A stretch of 53,205 nt of DNA, taken from positions 1-53,205 of the forward strand of contig MCFE01000609.1 in the NCBI GenBank assembly GCA_002104905.1, read 5' to 3'. The notes beneath the pieces were generated by a model. That model had not been told where the DNA came from. It was given only the letters and a program-made list of their open reading frames with translations, and made no database searches. Source of the stretch: Basidiobolus meristosporus CBS 931.73. Taxonomy: Eukaryota; Fungi; Basidiobolomycota. The position numbers were made by a program, and so were the translations under genes. Positions 35,219 to 46,038 of the stretch are shown here, in pieces. Every line of letters starts with the position of its first letter. Within the stretch, counting starts at the first letter, position 1.

Positions 35219-35508
35219 CAGGGATGGCCCCCCATATGGGATAGGGGTGCAGCTATATGCCCCCATGCAAAGCCCTGGGTTTGCCAGACAACCCCCAGGG
35301 TTTACCAGGGGGGGATATATCATGGGGGCCTTTGGGTGGGTAGCTAGAGGGGGCAGGGGGGAGTAGCCATTGGGGTGGGAGGGGGAGGATTCAGGGAAAA
35401 AAGGACTTGAACCTTTAAAACTGATTATGGAGGTCAGTATTTTACCAATCAAATAATTTCCCTTACAATACATCAAATGCCCCCACCTAATAATGCTGCC
35501 CATCCCCT
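35219..35508. mobile_element. G/C-run-rich 290-bp insertion, possible hAT-like MITE
   Basis: No similarity to the intact Copia copy. Begins CAGGGATGGCC and ends GCCCATCCCCT (imperfect inverted termini). No TSD visible. Confidence 0.5.
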
Positions 35509-37361
35509 CCCCACCCTTTGGACTCCTGGACACTGATTTAGGCCAAACCACAGTTTTAGAGTCCTCTGGAGTGAAAATATTTTCATTGTTTTGCTCTGAT
35601 CAGTCATGACTGTTGATGGACTTGAGATCAAATTTTTGTCATCATCTGATGTTATTATTTTGTGAAAGTTTTGAACATTGATCTGTTTGCATGCACTGCC
35701 ACTCTATTTTGCTGTGGGGAGTATGGTACAGTGGTCAATTGTTTTATCCCATCAATTTTGCAGATGTGGATGAAGAGTTTTGAGGTATATTCTCCACCTT
35801 TACCAGAGTGTATTTTCTTGAGCTTTTCACCAGTTTCTCTCTCCACTACGGCTTTAAACTTCCTTAACTTAGACAAAGCTTCTTCCTTTCTTTCCTTGTG
35901 GTAGGCTAACATGTATTCTGTATAACATCAATAAAAGTGATTAAATACTATATCCCACCTAGAGACAAGTTTTGCATTGGTCCACACAGATCTGAATGAG
36001 TTAGATCTAGCTTTCTCTTGGTCTTGGTTAACCCAGAGCTCTTGAACAGGTGTGTGGCTTGTTTCCCATATATACCGGCTTCACAGTATGGCAAATTTGC
36101 TGGTGGATTGAATTTTATTCTGGAAATTTGCTCATCTTTAATCATTTTGCACAAATAGTCAAAGTTGATGAGTCCAAATCTCCTGTGCTAAAACATCAGT
36201 GTTTCTTCATTCAAGTCACTTATGCTAGCATCTAGATATTGGCTTCCAAATATGATGGAATATAAGTCATCCTGTATAGATTCTGATCCCTGATACCAAA
36301 AGCACTATGGGCACCATTTTGATCAGTGATCCTGCATCCAGAATTGTCAAAACTAAAACTGGGTTCTTCAGCTGTGGCCTTGCTTACAGATAGCAGGCTT
36401 TTGGCTATTTCTGTAACATAGAGTACTTTTTTGAAAGTAGTGTGTGGCTTCCTTCCCTACCTCAGAGGTTCACTTGGATAGTTCCTTCTCCAACTGCACC
36501 AAGTGTTCCATTGTCACCCATAAAAGCATTCTCAACTGGAATCTCTTGATATTGCATGAAAAACTGATTTGGTGTGTCAAGTGTTGAGATTCCTCAGAGT
36601 CAATATACCACATCTGAGAATTCTTGTCTGTGGTCATAATTAGTGCAGATGTGAATAGTCTATATTCAGTTGTTGCAGCACTTCCATATTCAGGCTTCTT
36701 TTGCTGATAATCTCTCCTTGTGAAGCACTGGCTTAGTCTGTGTCCTTTCCTTTTGCAGTAATTGCAAAACATATTGCTGTTACCTGTAAAGGGTCTTGTG
36801 TATCTCCTTTGTTGGTTATCAGTGCTTATTAAAATATTTTCTGCTTCCTTCTTATTGACACATGATTTTCTTAATTCTTCATCCAGGTGCCTTCCATATA
36901 TAGAATTTAAGGTCAAATCCTTAGTTTTGGACTCTAGGGCTGATACAAGGCCCTGAAACCTGTCAGTCAGGCTGTTCAGGATGGTAATAATCACATCCTC
37001 ATCAGTAGTTGGTATGCCTACAAATTCCATCTCATCAACCAATGGGGTGAATCTGTTAGTTAGATTTTCATTTCTTCTCCTGGTAGCGTCTTTGTAGCAT
37101 GAATTTTTGTCTAAGATACATTTTCTTAGCAGCAAAACATGACAGTTATATGTCTTCTAATGCCTTCCTGGCATTCTTTGCTGTTTTTGCTCTTCAGCAT
37201 TGAATTAGCCATTTGTCTTTGACATTAAGCCAAATGGAGTTAAAGGCACTTTATACTTTCTTCTGGTACCTTAAGCCTTCCTTTCCTACATTTTTATGAG
37301 GGTATTCTTCTCTCATAGCAATGGTCCAAAGGCCACTCTCTTGTAGCAGCATCTTCATCAT

Positions 37362-37601
37362 TGTTGTAAGACTTGTAATTCCACCTAAATATTCACCTAA
37401 CTTTCTCAAAGTTTTCCAAATAGCCCCAAACCTTACACATATGTTCTTGGGACCTTCCTAAGTATATTCTACATGTTTATTATGCCAAGAACATGTAAAA
37501 GTATAAATATTACTTTTACATTCAATAAATCAATCAGGTGAGAACTACATAATCTATTTGCTCTTCCAGCTACTTCCAATATCTCCAAGACTCTTACAAC
37601 A
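37362..37601 (+). repeat. Internally deleted solo LTR inserted in opposite orientation into gag
   Basis: 240 bp TGTTGTAA...TTACAACA with perfect TSD ATCAT (37357-37361 and 37602-37606). About 108 bp of the LTR middle is missing. Confidence 0.92.
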
Positions 37602-38085
37602 ATCATCACCTTCCACACTTGGAAGTTAGATCCATCCTACTTTCAGCAGAGGGAGGAGTTACAGTAATAGCAGTAGTAGACATTGTAGAGAATGCCAGCT
37701 TGGGCACATAGGCTGTTGTAAGAGTCTTGGAGATATTGGAAGTGATTTGGACAACAAGTAGATCATGTGGTTTTCACTTGGTGATTTATTGAATGCAAAA
37801 GTAGTATTTTTACTGTTACACAATCTTGGCATAATGAGCATATAGATTAGGTTTAAGAAGTTGACAAGAGCATGTGTGCATGGTTTGGGACTGTTTGGAC
37901 AACTTTGAAAATATTCATGTTCTGGATACCTGATATTTTGGTTAAAAAAATTTTAGTAAATCCCATCAAGGAATTTGAGTGGTGTTCTCTAAGATCTGCA
38001 GGCAATGATAGAAGTGACCAAGATAGGAGAGTATATAGATGGAATTACAAATTCTTACAATATGAAGATCACTTATTGTTTTATT

Positions 38086-38431
38086 TGTTGTAAACTTTGT
38101 AATTGCACCTGAATTTTCACCTAATTTTGTCACTTAGATCATGACCTACAAATCTTAGAGGTTTCTGAGCAAACTCTTTGTTGGGATTTACTTGGTAAAA
38201 TTTCATTAAAACGTCAGGTACCCGGAACACAGATTTCTTGAAGTTGTCCAAACAGCCCTAGGCTTTGCACACATGCACTTGGGACATTCTTAAATCTATT
38301 TTACATGCTTATTTTGCCAAGACTATGTGAGATTATCAATACTACTTTACATTCAGTTGGCCATTGAGTGAGAAACACATAATCTACTTCTTCTCCCAGT
38401 CACTTCCAATAGCCCCAAAGTTCTTACAGCA
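38086..38431 (+). repeat. Solo LTR, opposite orientation
   Basis: 346 bp TGTTGTAA...TTACAGCA; flanks TTATT / TTACT (TSD with one mismatch). Confidence 0.88.
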
Positions 38432-40929
38432 TTACTGAGCTCACACAAAGTGTATACTTTTAAGAAAAATCTGTGAAAAGCCATGTGTCAATTGGACTAG
38501 CTTAAGATTCTTAACAATTGTCAGGACTGCACCAGTTATGAGATCTAGCAAATATCTGACAACCCTAGTCCTACATCAGTAGTTCATTGCTTACTAATTA
38601 GCCAACATGAGATATATGAGTAAAACAAGCCAAAACTAACTTCAGTGATTTTCCGCAGGCAATAACATTGCTGCTTTCATATAGTACACTACCGTGTTTG
38701 TGCAAACCTTCTATTAGGGTAAGCGCAATAGCCATTTGTTGCTCAGGATTACTACCAAGTAATCAGAGATGTTCAAAATCTTATTGCACTGACTCTGAAA
38801 CAGATGCCCAGATGTACCCCTTAAGAAAAAAATTAAGAAAAGGCCAGCAGAATGCCATCATAATAGCAGCTGAACTCCAAGTTTCTCAAAACCGGCAACT
38901 CTTAATATATTAAGTACTAGCTATTTGGTAGACAAACAAACATATTTTCCTGGAGGAGACTAGGCCAACCAGCATTCATGCCAGATTTAGTAATCACCTG
39001 AACAATACTTCCAGCAAAAACTGCAACTAAATACTTGAAGGAAAAACACCAGCTGAATGCCAGCAAAATACCAATAGAATATCAGCTGAATACCAGCGGA
39101 TTATCAGATGAGTTGCAAGTTTGAGATTCTTCACAAGGTACCTGGAAGCAGGCACTCTATTTCATATGATTAGCTTACCACTCAACGATTCCTCCGTTTC
39201 AACCTAGCACCAAGTCAATATCTTAAAGATCAAGCCAAATCACTTGCTTCCGCACTACTGTTGATAATGATTTGCTTATTATGCTAAATATACTGAAAGG
39301 ATAGACAGGACCTCAGGCTGCACAGCTATCTCCCCATTGTTTTCCTCAGCGCATTCCTATTTTGGGCTATTCACCAATTTTCGGAGATTTCACAATAACC
39401 GCCTGAATCAACGCACAGGTTGGCAAAGTGTGAAAGCTAGAGACAGGAGCAATCAGATATCTTGAAGATAGATCAGGACAGATTGGGAAATATTAAACAA
39501 GGGATGAATCACCTACAGAAAGTCTAGATATCCCTCAATACCATCAAAGTCGTTGCTCCGTCATTAGGAATATCTGGTAATTGGTATTGATCAACTATTT
39601 CATCCCCAATCTACATCACAGTGCTCAACCCACTCTACCCTTCAGACATCCAATTGCTACCTAGAAGTCCCTAGTTTGCCATTCTTGACGATTCCCACCA
39701 GAGTCATCTCGATAGAATCCCGATCATTCAACCTGCTACCAGAGAGGGGGCAGAAGGAACATGAAGGCGGAATAGAATAGTTAGGGGGAAATACATTACT
39801 AATGTGTAATGGGACTGTATTGGGCTGGCGTGGTGTCATTTTCTACTGGCTTTTGAAGCGAAGTTTCGTTGGTGAATATGGGAATTGGAGATCCGCGAGT
39901 TTATTGTTTACAGCGGTAACTTATACAACCGGTCGCTTACCCGATTTACGGCACCATCGGGTTCTTGTCTATCCAAGTGGCAGGAATGGCTACGTATACG
40001 AACCAATTGATTTCCACTCTATCCGGATCCGAGCGCAGAAGCAGCCGAGTTTTTCCACCTTCTTGGACTATCTTCAATACTGATACGAGGAACCAAACAC
40101 TGCGCGGTTCGAGAAAGAAATCGACGGTTACGACGATGGCTCGCTAGGGACCTACACCTACCAATATTAGAAGACGGAGCTGGACAGCTCAGGGTTGGTG
40201 AGTCGTTTCTATGACCACACAATCATTAGCCAGACTTATGTAGAAACATATCTGATGACCTCCTGATCAGTCAAGCTCACGTAAGCCGTAAATGGCCAAC
40301 TTGAATGAGGGGCGATATAGCGTCAGTCTCTGTGACCAAGACATCGTCGGTTTTGCCTCTACCCAGGGTTCCTTCCTGTAGGGATTCGCGCAGTTGATGT
40401 TTGACTGTACATAAGCCAAAGGACTATTACCTGGTGAACAGGCCTGCTGAGTCCTGGTTTCTACTGCATCAGTAAGAATGTTCCCAGGCTTCATGCTAAT
40501 CTATCATAGGTAGGAACAAAGCTAGCGCCATTGTTTCATGCGCGTCAACCATTCGTTTCATTGACCCTGACGGTATGACTCGTTGATGACGATGGTGAAA
40601 ATCCAGTATGTGCCGGTTACTAGCTTGCCTTTAATTCAACTGAAGTTGGGGGTGGGGGATGGAGCGAGAGAAAATAAGAGCAAAGAGGTCATGAGTCGAC
40701 TGGAGCGACTCGATAAACATCTAAACAAATCGGTTATGGCGTGTGTATAAGTGTGTGCAGTCGGGCCTGCAAGGTCCGGGGATGGATTTACAGCGATCTG
40801 TGGGTGTTCGTGTAATTTACATTGCCTAGGTTGAATCCCTAGCTGTGGACAGGGGATACATAGTGAATATACGTTTGCGAATCGATGTGCCATGCTTTCA
40901 GATCACGGCTGAGAATTCTGCGTTGATGA

Positions 40930-41892
40930 CTAATGGCTAGATGTATACTGTATCTCGTATCTGGGAGGTAACTCTTGGCAGCCAGGTTGATAGGAAGGCA
41001 AGAACTCATCCTCCTTGTCGCATATCTGAAGGGGAGTTCTTACGACAACGTACTTCTTGGTCCCGGAAGAGCTGAGTATGCTTATCTGGATCTCGATCAG
41101 ATGAGTTAGCTTTAGAAAAGGGCTCTTGCAGTCCGGCTGGGCGTTCTGGTCGATGGGCATCTGGACCCGATTGGAATGCACGGGTGGATTGTGCTTCCTC
41201 AGGTCTACATAGTGAAGGGTGTTCGGGAGCGGCCTCTTGATAGACTTGATGCTCCCATTCTTTGTGCAGTATCTGACTGCCTCTATGATGCAGATCCGCA
41301 GGGACTCGATCTTAGATTTATCGTTGAGTAGTCGGGTTCCGATGTTCAGGAGCACCTGCTGGCCTGGCTGGTAGGAATTCGAATCGGAGTAGATGGTGAA
41401 CCCTATTTCGCCGCGGACCTCTCCGAATTTCAACAGCTCCTGGGAGTTGATGTCGTCAACAGCGGTGGAGTGGATTCGTCGGATTCGGACAAGTCGCTCG
41501 TGCTTCATCTCCGACTGCAGCGAAAAGCCCTCTCTCTTGGCAACCGCCTTGATGAGGTACTTGATAGCACCATCTCGGGATTGGACCGACTCGGGTAGGT
41601 CACCAGCAAGAGGTAACTCGAAATGGTACACATACGTGCCACAGCTAAACCCCTTGGTCTGCTGCGTCGATTCCAAGAACTCGATCCTGTGCTGAACAAA
41701 TATTTCCGGACGTTCAAATGGAATCATCACTACGCCTTGAAGGTAGAGCTGGAGAGAGTGGATTTTGCTCGCGCTGCGCAGGTCCAGCTGTACATAGCCA
41801 CGCAGTGCTTGGCCTGTCGCGCTGTCTTGGCAGCCACGAAATACGACCTCGTCACTAAAAAGATGGACATGGAGATTGTTGTTCGCCCACAT
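40930..41892 (-). CDS. Alpha-arrestin (arrestin-related trafficking adaptor), intronless
   Basis: 320-aa ORF. Arrestin-N signature LRGYVQL...GTYVYHFELPLAGDLPES...IKYLIKAVAKR, an arrestin-C region, and C-terminal PY motifs LPSY and PPRY. Confidence 0.92.
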   Translation of the reverse strand: MWANNNLHVHLFSDEVVFRGCQDSATGQALRGYVQLDLRSASKIHSLQLYLQGVVMIPFERPEIFVQHRIEFLESTQQTKGFSCGTYVYHFELPLAGDLPESVQSRDGAIKYLIKAVAKREGFSLQSEMKHERLVRIRRIHSTAVDDINSQELLKFGEVRGEIGFTIYSDSNSYQPGQQVLLNIGTRLLNDKSKIESLRICIIEAVRYCTKNGSIKSIKRPLPNTLHYVDLRKHNPPVHSNRVQMPIDQNAQPDCKSPFLKLTHLIEIQISILSSSGTKKYVVVRTPLQICDKEDEFLPSYQPGCQELPPRYEIQYTSSH

Positions 41893-43501
41893 CGCTTTGA
41901 TATTTGCTTGGGTTGGCCGCGGTAATCCGTTTTATACGAGACCTAGGCCCAACAAACGCTTTCCAGCCATGACGCCAACGCGACCAATCGAGTTGCAGTC
42001 CAATCAGTTTCCAAAACCCAGGAGCCATTCGGGTTAACTGGAATCTGAAATAGGATTTTAGGTTCGTTGGAAGTTGGAATACATTTGATCCATCTTCTAG
42101 GTTACCAGGGAATGTAGCCATTCATGTAAACAGTCGCCATTGGCGGATGCTCCGGGTGTCTGCGAAGCGCACAAGCTATGTTCTAAATTCCGAACTCAAG
42201 TTCAATCAGGAAGCATCAATGCACTTGCTATTGAATCCTGCCAATCGAGCCAATCCTCCAGTCCTCAAGAAACAACGTGGCCTTGACGGCAGTGCGAGTT
42301 GTCGATGCTAACCTTCTAGAATCGCCATAACATATTGGTCTTGTGCGGCCACCCAGCTTTACCGAGCCTGCCATTGGTTGGTCATCCTGGTAAGAATACT
42401 CTTCATAAATCTTGTTGAGTTGGTCGGTGAAATGTAGCCACTCTGCTTTGCATTAAAATCTAAGCAGGTGACGTCATTTACTTTGCCACCTGAAGAATAT
42501 GCTTGAGATCATGGAGCAGTAGTTGTAGTATTTGTTCTATCTGGTCCGCAACGATCACAAATGGCGAGACCTGATCACATAGGAATGTGCCGCATTCCAT
42601 TTAGGGCCTCAGGCAGAGGTGTGGGTAGTGAGATGGTTGGTTCCTGTTGCCGAGTTCTGCATGGCGATGGGTTGATCCCAGGTCCTATTTGTGAATTTAA
42701 GGATCAGTTGTGGGGTATCAAGCCAGCATGGATGCTATTGGAGCAGAGAGGTAAGAGCTAGCCATCCTCTGCAGCGCATCGAAGGCGCATTCTGATTCTC
42801 CCTAGAGCTCTATGTTTATGTCTGACTGCACCGTTGTTTCACGCTAGCAAGATCTACTCTAATAAGAGGGATTTGCCTGACACGGAGTGTGGCTTTCTGA
42901 GCCCTTAAACCGAGTGAGTTGGTGACAGTCAGGCTCTTACTGGGATGTATCAAACCAGCAGGTGTGTCACATTCATCCTCGGGTCCAGTCTGTCAACCAC
43001 GTTCACCCACCAAGTCACAGTCCGAAGAGCCTATGGCAATGACTGTTCCCTCTGGCTTGAGAGAGGAGGACTGGTGTAAGTTTAATTGCGATCAAATTGG
43101 GCGCACGCTTTTTGCGCTTATTAGGGCAGGCTGGAACATGTTTCAGCTTTACCCAGCATTCTCCCCTAATCCGTGCATGTGGTACTATTGGTATCAGTAC
43201 TGCCCTGCACCACCACGGAGAGCCGGCTCTACTCCAAGAAATCCCTGACCCGACTCTCCACTACCCTCGGTTTACACAGCCTGAATAGAAGGATGCAGGT
43301 TGCAATCCCATGCACTGTAAATGTTTGGGTTCATCCAAGGGTTTTAATGGAAGAAGCATAGTCCTTAAATGGTGAATCAAATCAACAGTTGAGCAAGTCA
43401 TATAAACAAATGCATGACCTCAACGAAGTGGCGGGTTCTGTACATGGGATCCACTCGCTGAGTGAGGGTTGTGGATGGATGAGTGGCGAATTTTGACGGG
43501 G

Positions 43502-44458
43502 TCAGAAATAGAGGGGCAGGTATGAGCTGCTGAAGTAGCTGGGCGGTTGGGCTATCGCTGTGCTGTACTCGGGGAGCCCTTCTTCAGAGTCTGGCATCTC
43601 TTGGGGTAGGAATTTTAGCGGAGTACGCACAGCGACCTCTCTTTTGGAGCCGTTGATGTCCGAGAATGTGAATGTAAGGTTTAGCTCATGCGATATGGAC
43701 ACATATTCATTCTGGCAATCGGGGTGAATGCTTGATTTCATCGAGCTTGTTGGAAAGACGATCTCTTCGTACCATTGTCGATGGCCGATGGGTAGCCAAC
43801 TGGTGGACACCTCGTGGAGCAGTGTTTTCATTTGCTCTTTGCGCCCATGCGTTCTTCTGGAGACGCTTTCGATCAAGCCGATGCGAATACGATGCACCTG
43901 ATTGCCGTAGCCCAAAGACTGAGTGCCCACATGGAGGAACACGGAGTCACCAGGCTTGTAGCTTGAGGATGGGGAGAAAAGGCAAAACCCAAACCTGGAA
44001 TGGAACTCCCCCACTTTATACAGGGACTGGATCTCCTCCTGAGCCCCATCGATCCTCTTAACAAGTAGCTCTTTTTCAGCGTGAAGGTCGCCCCAGTAGC
44101 CAACGCGCTTGGCAACAGCATTGAACATGTATTTGATACTGGTAAGACTACAGCTCATGCTCTCTGGCGAATCCCCAGGCAGTGGGAACTCGAAGTGATA
44201 TTCGTACCGCCCCGGCGGAAATTCGTTGGCTTGGCTCTCCTCCAAGAGGGACACGTGGTGGCGCAGGAAATGCTCCGCAGCGGCCTCTCCCGAGCACCAT
44301 CCTTTCAAGCTTAGCTCGATGGATGTGATTTTCGTGGGGTATCGTATGTTAAGTGCTACGTGGCCACGGATTACCTGGCCGGATGACGAGCTGCTGTCGC
44401 CTGCTAGAACGATTCTATCGTTTTCCAGAAAGATTTGCAGAGAATTGAATGCCCACAT
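43502..44458 (-). CDS. Alpha-arrestin paralogue, intronless
   Basis: 318-aa ORF. IRGHVAL...GRYEYHFEFPLPGDSPES...IKYMFNAVAKR; C-terminal LPEY and PPSY. Confidence 0.92.
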   Translation of the reverse strand: MWAFNSLQIFLENDRIVLAGDSSSSSGQVIRGHVALNIRYPTKITSIELSLKGWCSGEAAAEHFLRHHVSLLEESQANEFPPGRYEYHFEFPLPGDSPESMSCSLTSIKYMFNAVAKRVGYWGDLHAEKELLVKRIDGAQEEIQSLYKVGEFHSRFGFCLFSPSSSYKPGDSVFLHVGTQSLGYGNQVHRIRIGLIESVSRRTHGRKEQMKTLLHEVSTSWLPIGHRQWYEEIVFPTSSMKSSIHPDCQNEYVSISHELNLTFTFSDINGSKREVAVRTPLKFLPQEMPDSEEGLPEYSTAIAQPPSYFSSSYLPLYF

Positions 44459-46038
44459 AAGACAAGATCGCTTAGTACGTGGAAGGGTGTAGAAATATGC
44501 CCGAGTCGATGCACATGGTAAGGAACCCTTGGCTTTTTAAGTGAATCGAGTGGAGGCTTCAGATCAGGATCATATCTGCGTGGCTCTCTAGCTGTATCCT
44601 ATCTCTGTATGTCTTATCCGAGAGCAACATCACCGTTGCTCAGTTTCTACAAGCCAGACTCAATTACACTGGAGGCATCCACCTCTCACATCCTCCTGAT
44701 TCATTAGCACCCACAAATTTGAGCATGACTCGGCGATCCCCGCTTTCCTGCATCATCCAAAGATTTCGTGAAGCTACGAAGTAGACAACAAAAATCGGCT
44801 CTCTCTTGCAGAAATTACCTCTGTGTCTCACTCCATCGCCGGCTTAGCTGTCCAGTTATGGAAATGATTCGCAATTAGTTATTGCCTACAGCTGCCTAAG
44901 GTTTTGCCTACCAGATAGGTGGGCAGACAAATGATTTATCTGGTTTATCATGTGTATGTCAAGCCAGCCACATAAAGTGAGCCCTTCATGGTGCCGATTT
45001 ATAGGCTGAGCCTTATATCCACTGGGCTGACACCAACGATAGCTGTGGGAACAGGATCGTAAGCTATTGCGCATAGAATAGAAATATGTAAGTGCCCTTA
45101 TTCTCTGCCAGCTATGCCGAGAATTACACCTTATCCGGATGATGCGCGTTTCACTGCCAGCGCGGCAAAGGTAACTAGTCAAGCGGAGTTTGCTCGAGCT
45201 GCCAATGGGCTTGAATGCCTCAACACATATGGCATTAAAACAGTGGGACGCTTGATCATCCTTGATAACTGATAAATCCACCGGCCGAGAAGAGCCGGTT
45301 TTCTATCTCATCGCGCAATTTCGCCACATTAAGCTATATCGATTCCATCCTTGTCTGTTTGTATATACCTTTGCCCAGTCTACCGAGTTTGTACTCATTG
45401 TTGTCTCTCAAATGGCATTGCCGGGCAATACATCAAAGTTGGCAAGTAGACATACAGCTGTCATTAGGAGATTTCTTCCCACCGCACTCGCTAATATGCT
45501 TAAACCCGTTTTAGTAATGGACTTACGCTTGCTGGCATTAAGAGATGATATTATAATTCATTCCCTAAATCACGCCAACCATCGGCTTCATGGGTTCCTT
45601 TCTGAGCAGTTTGCCCGAGATGTAAGAATACGGCTACTTCAATCCATATCGAGTGGATGTTTCTGGCTACTTCCACGATCATGGGGACACCTGCAGGACC
45701 TCTACCTCATCTGGCTTTCTTGCAGTGCATTTCCAGAAGGTGACCGATTCTACTTCTCAATGAGGAACTTCATAGAAGGAAATAGCACACGAGTGATGCT
45801 GATCGGGTACCAAGTTATATAGAGTAAACGTTCGTCTGAGTGAAGTTTATAGCGAAATGTACTGAAACTGGGTTTCGTAAAGTTGTGTAAATATAGCTAA
45901 GAACGATACCGAATTCTAATTTATCTTGGTGTTAAATATTTACAACGTAGACGGGAGGGAAAGAAGAAACTAAGAAAGAGTGTCCTTTAAATATAGAGTG
46001 CTGCTAAGAAGGGTGAGATAGCCTCATCTGTGCTGGGT

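Larger units (their letters stand above)
34352..38062 (-). mobile_element. Internally deleted Ty1/Copia element (same family as 13360-18394)
   Basis: LTRs 34352-34700 and 37714-38062; perfect TSD TGAAG (34347-34351 and 38063-38067); decayed PBS 37702-37713; gag, protease, part of integrase and RNase H (GYSDANWGQILEDRRSTTGY) remain; RT is absent. Confidence 0.95.

Noticed and set aside
8287-38431. Recurrent 350-bp repeats as a CRISPR or satellite array
   Set aside because: They are dispersed LTRs with TG..CA ends, TSDs, PBS and PPT. There is no repeat-spacer periodicity.
40267-40494. MKPGNIL resembles the protein-kinase catalytic loop
   Set aside because: No upstream HRD and no downstream DFG or APE in any frame.
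45262-45822. 186-aa plus-strand ORF
   Set aside because: No recognisable motif or signal. It may be a shadow frame and is not called as a gene.
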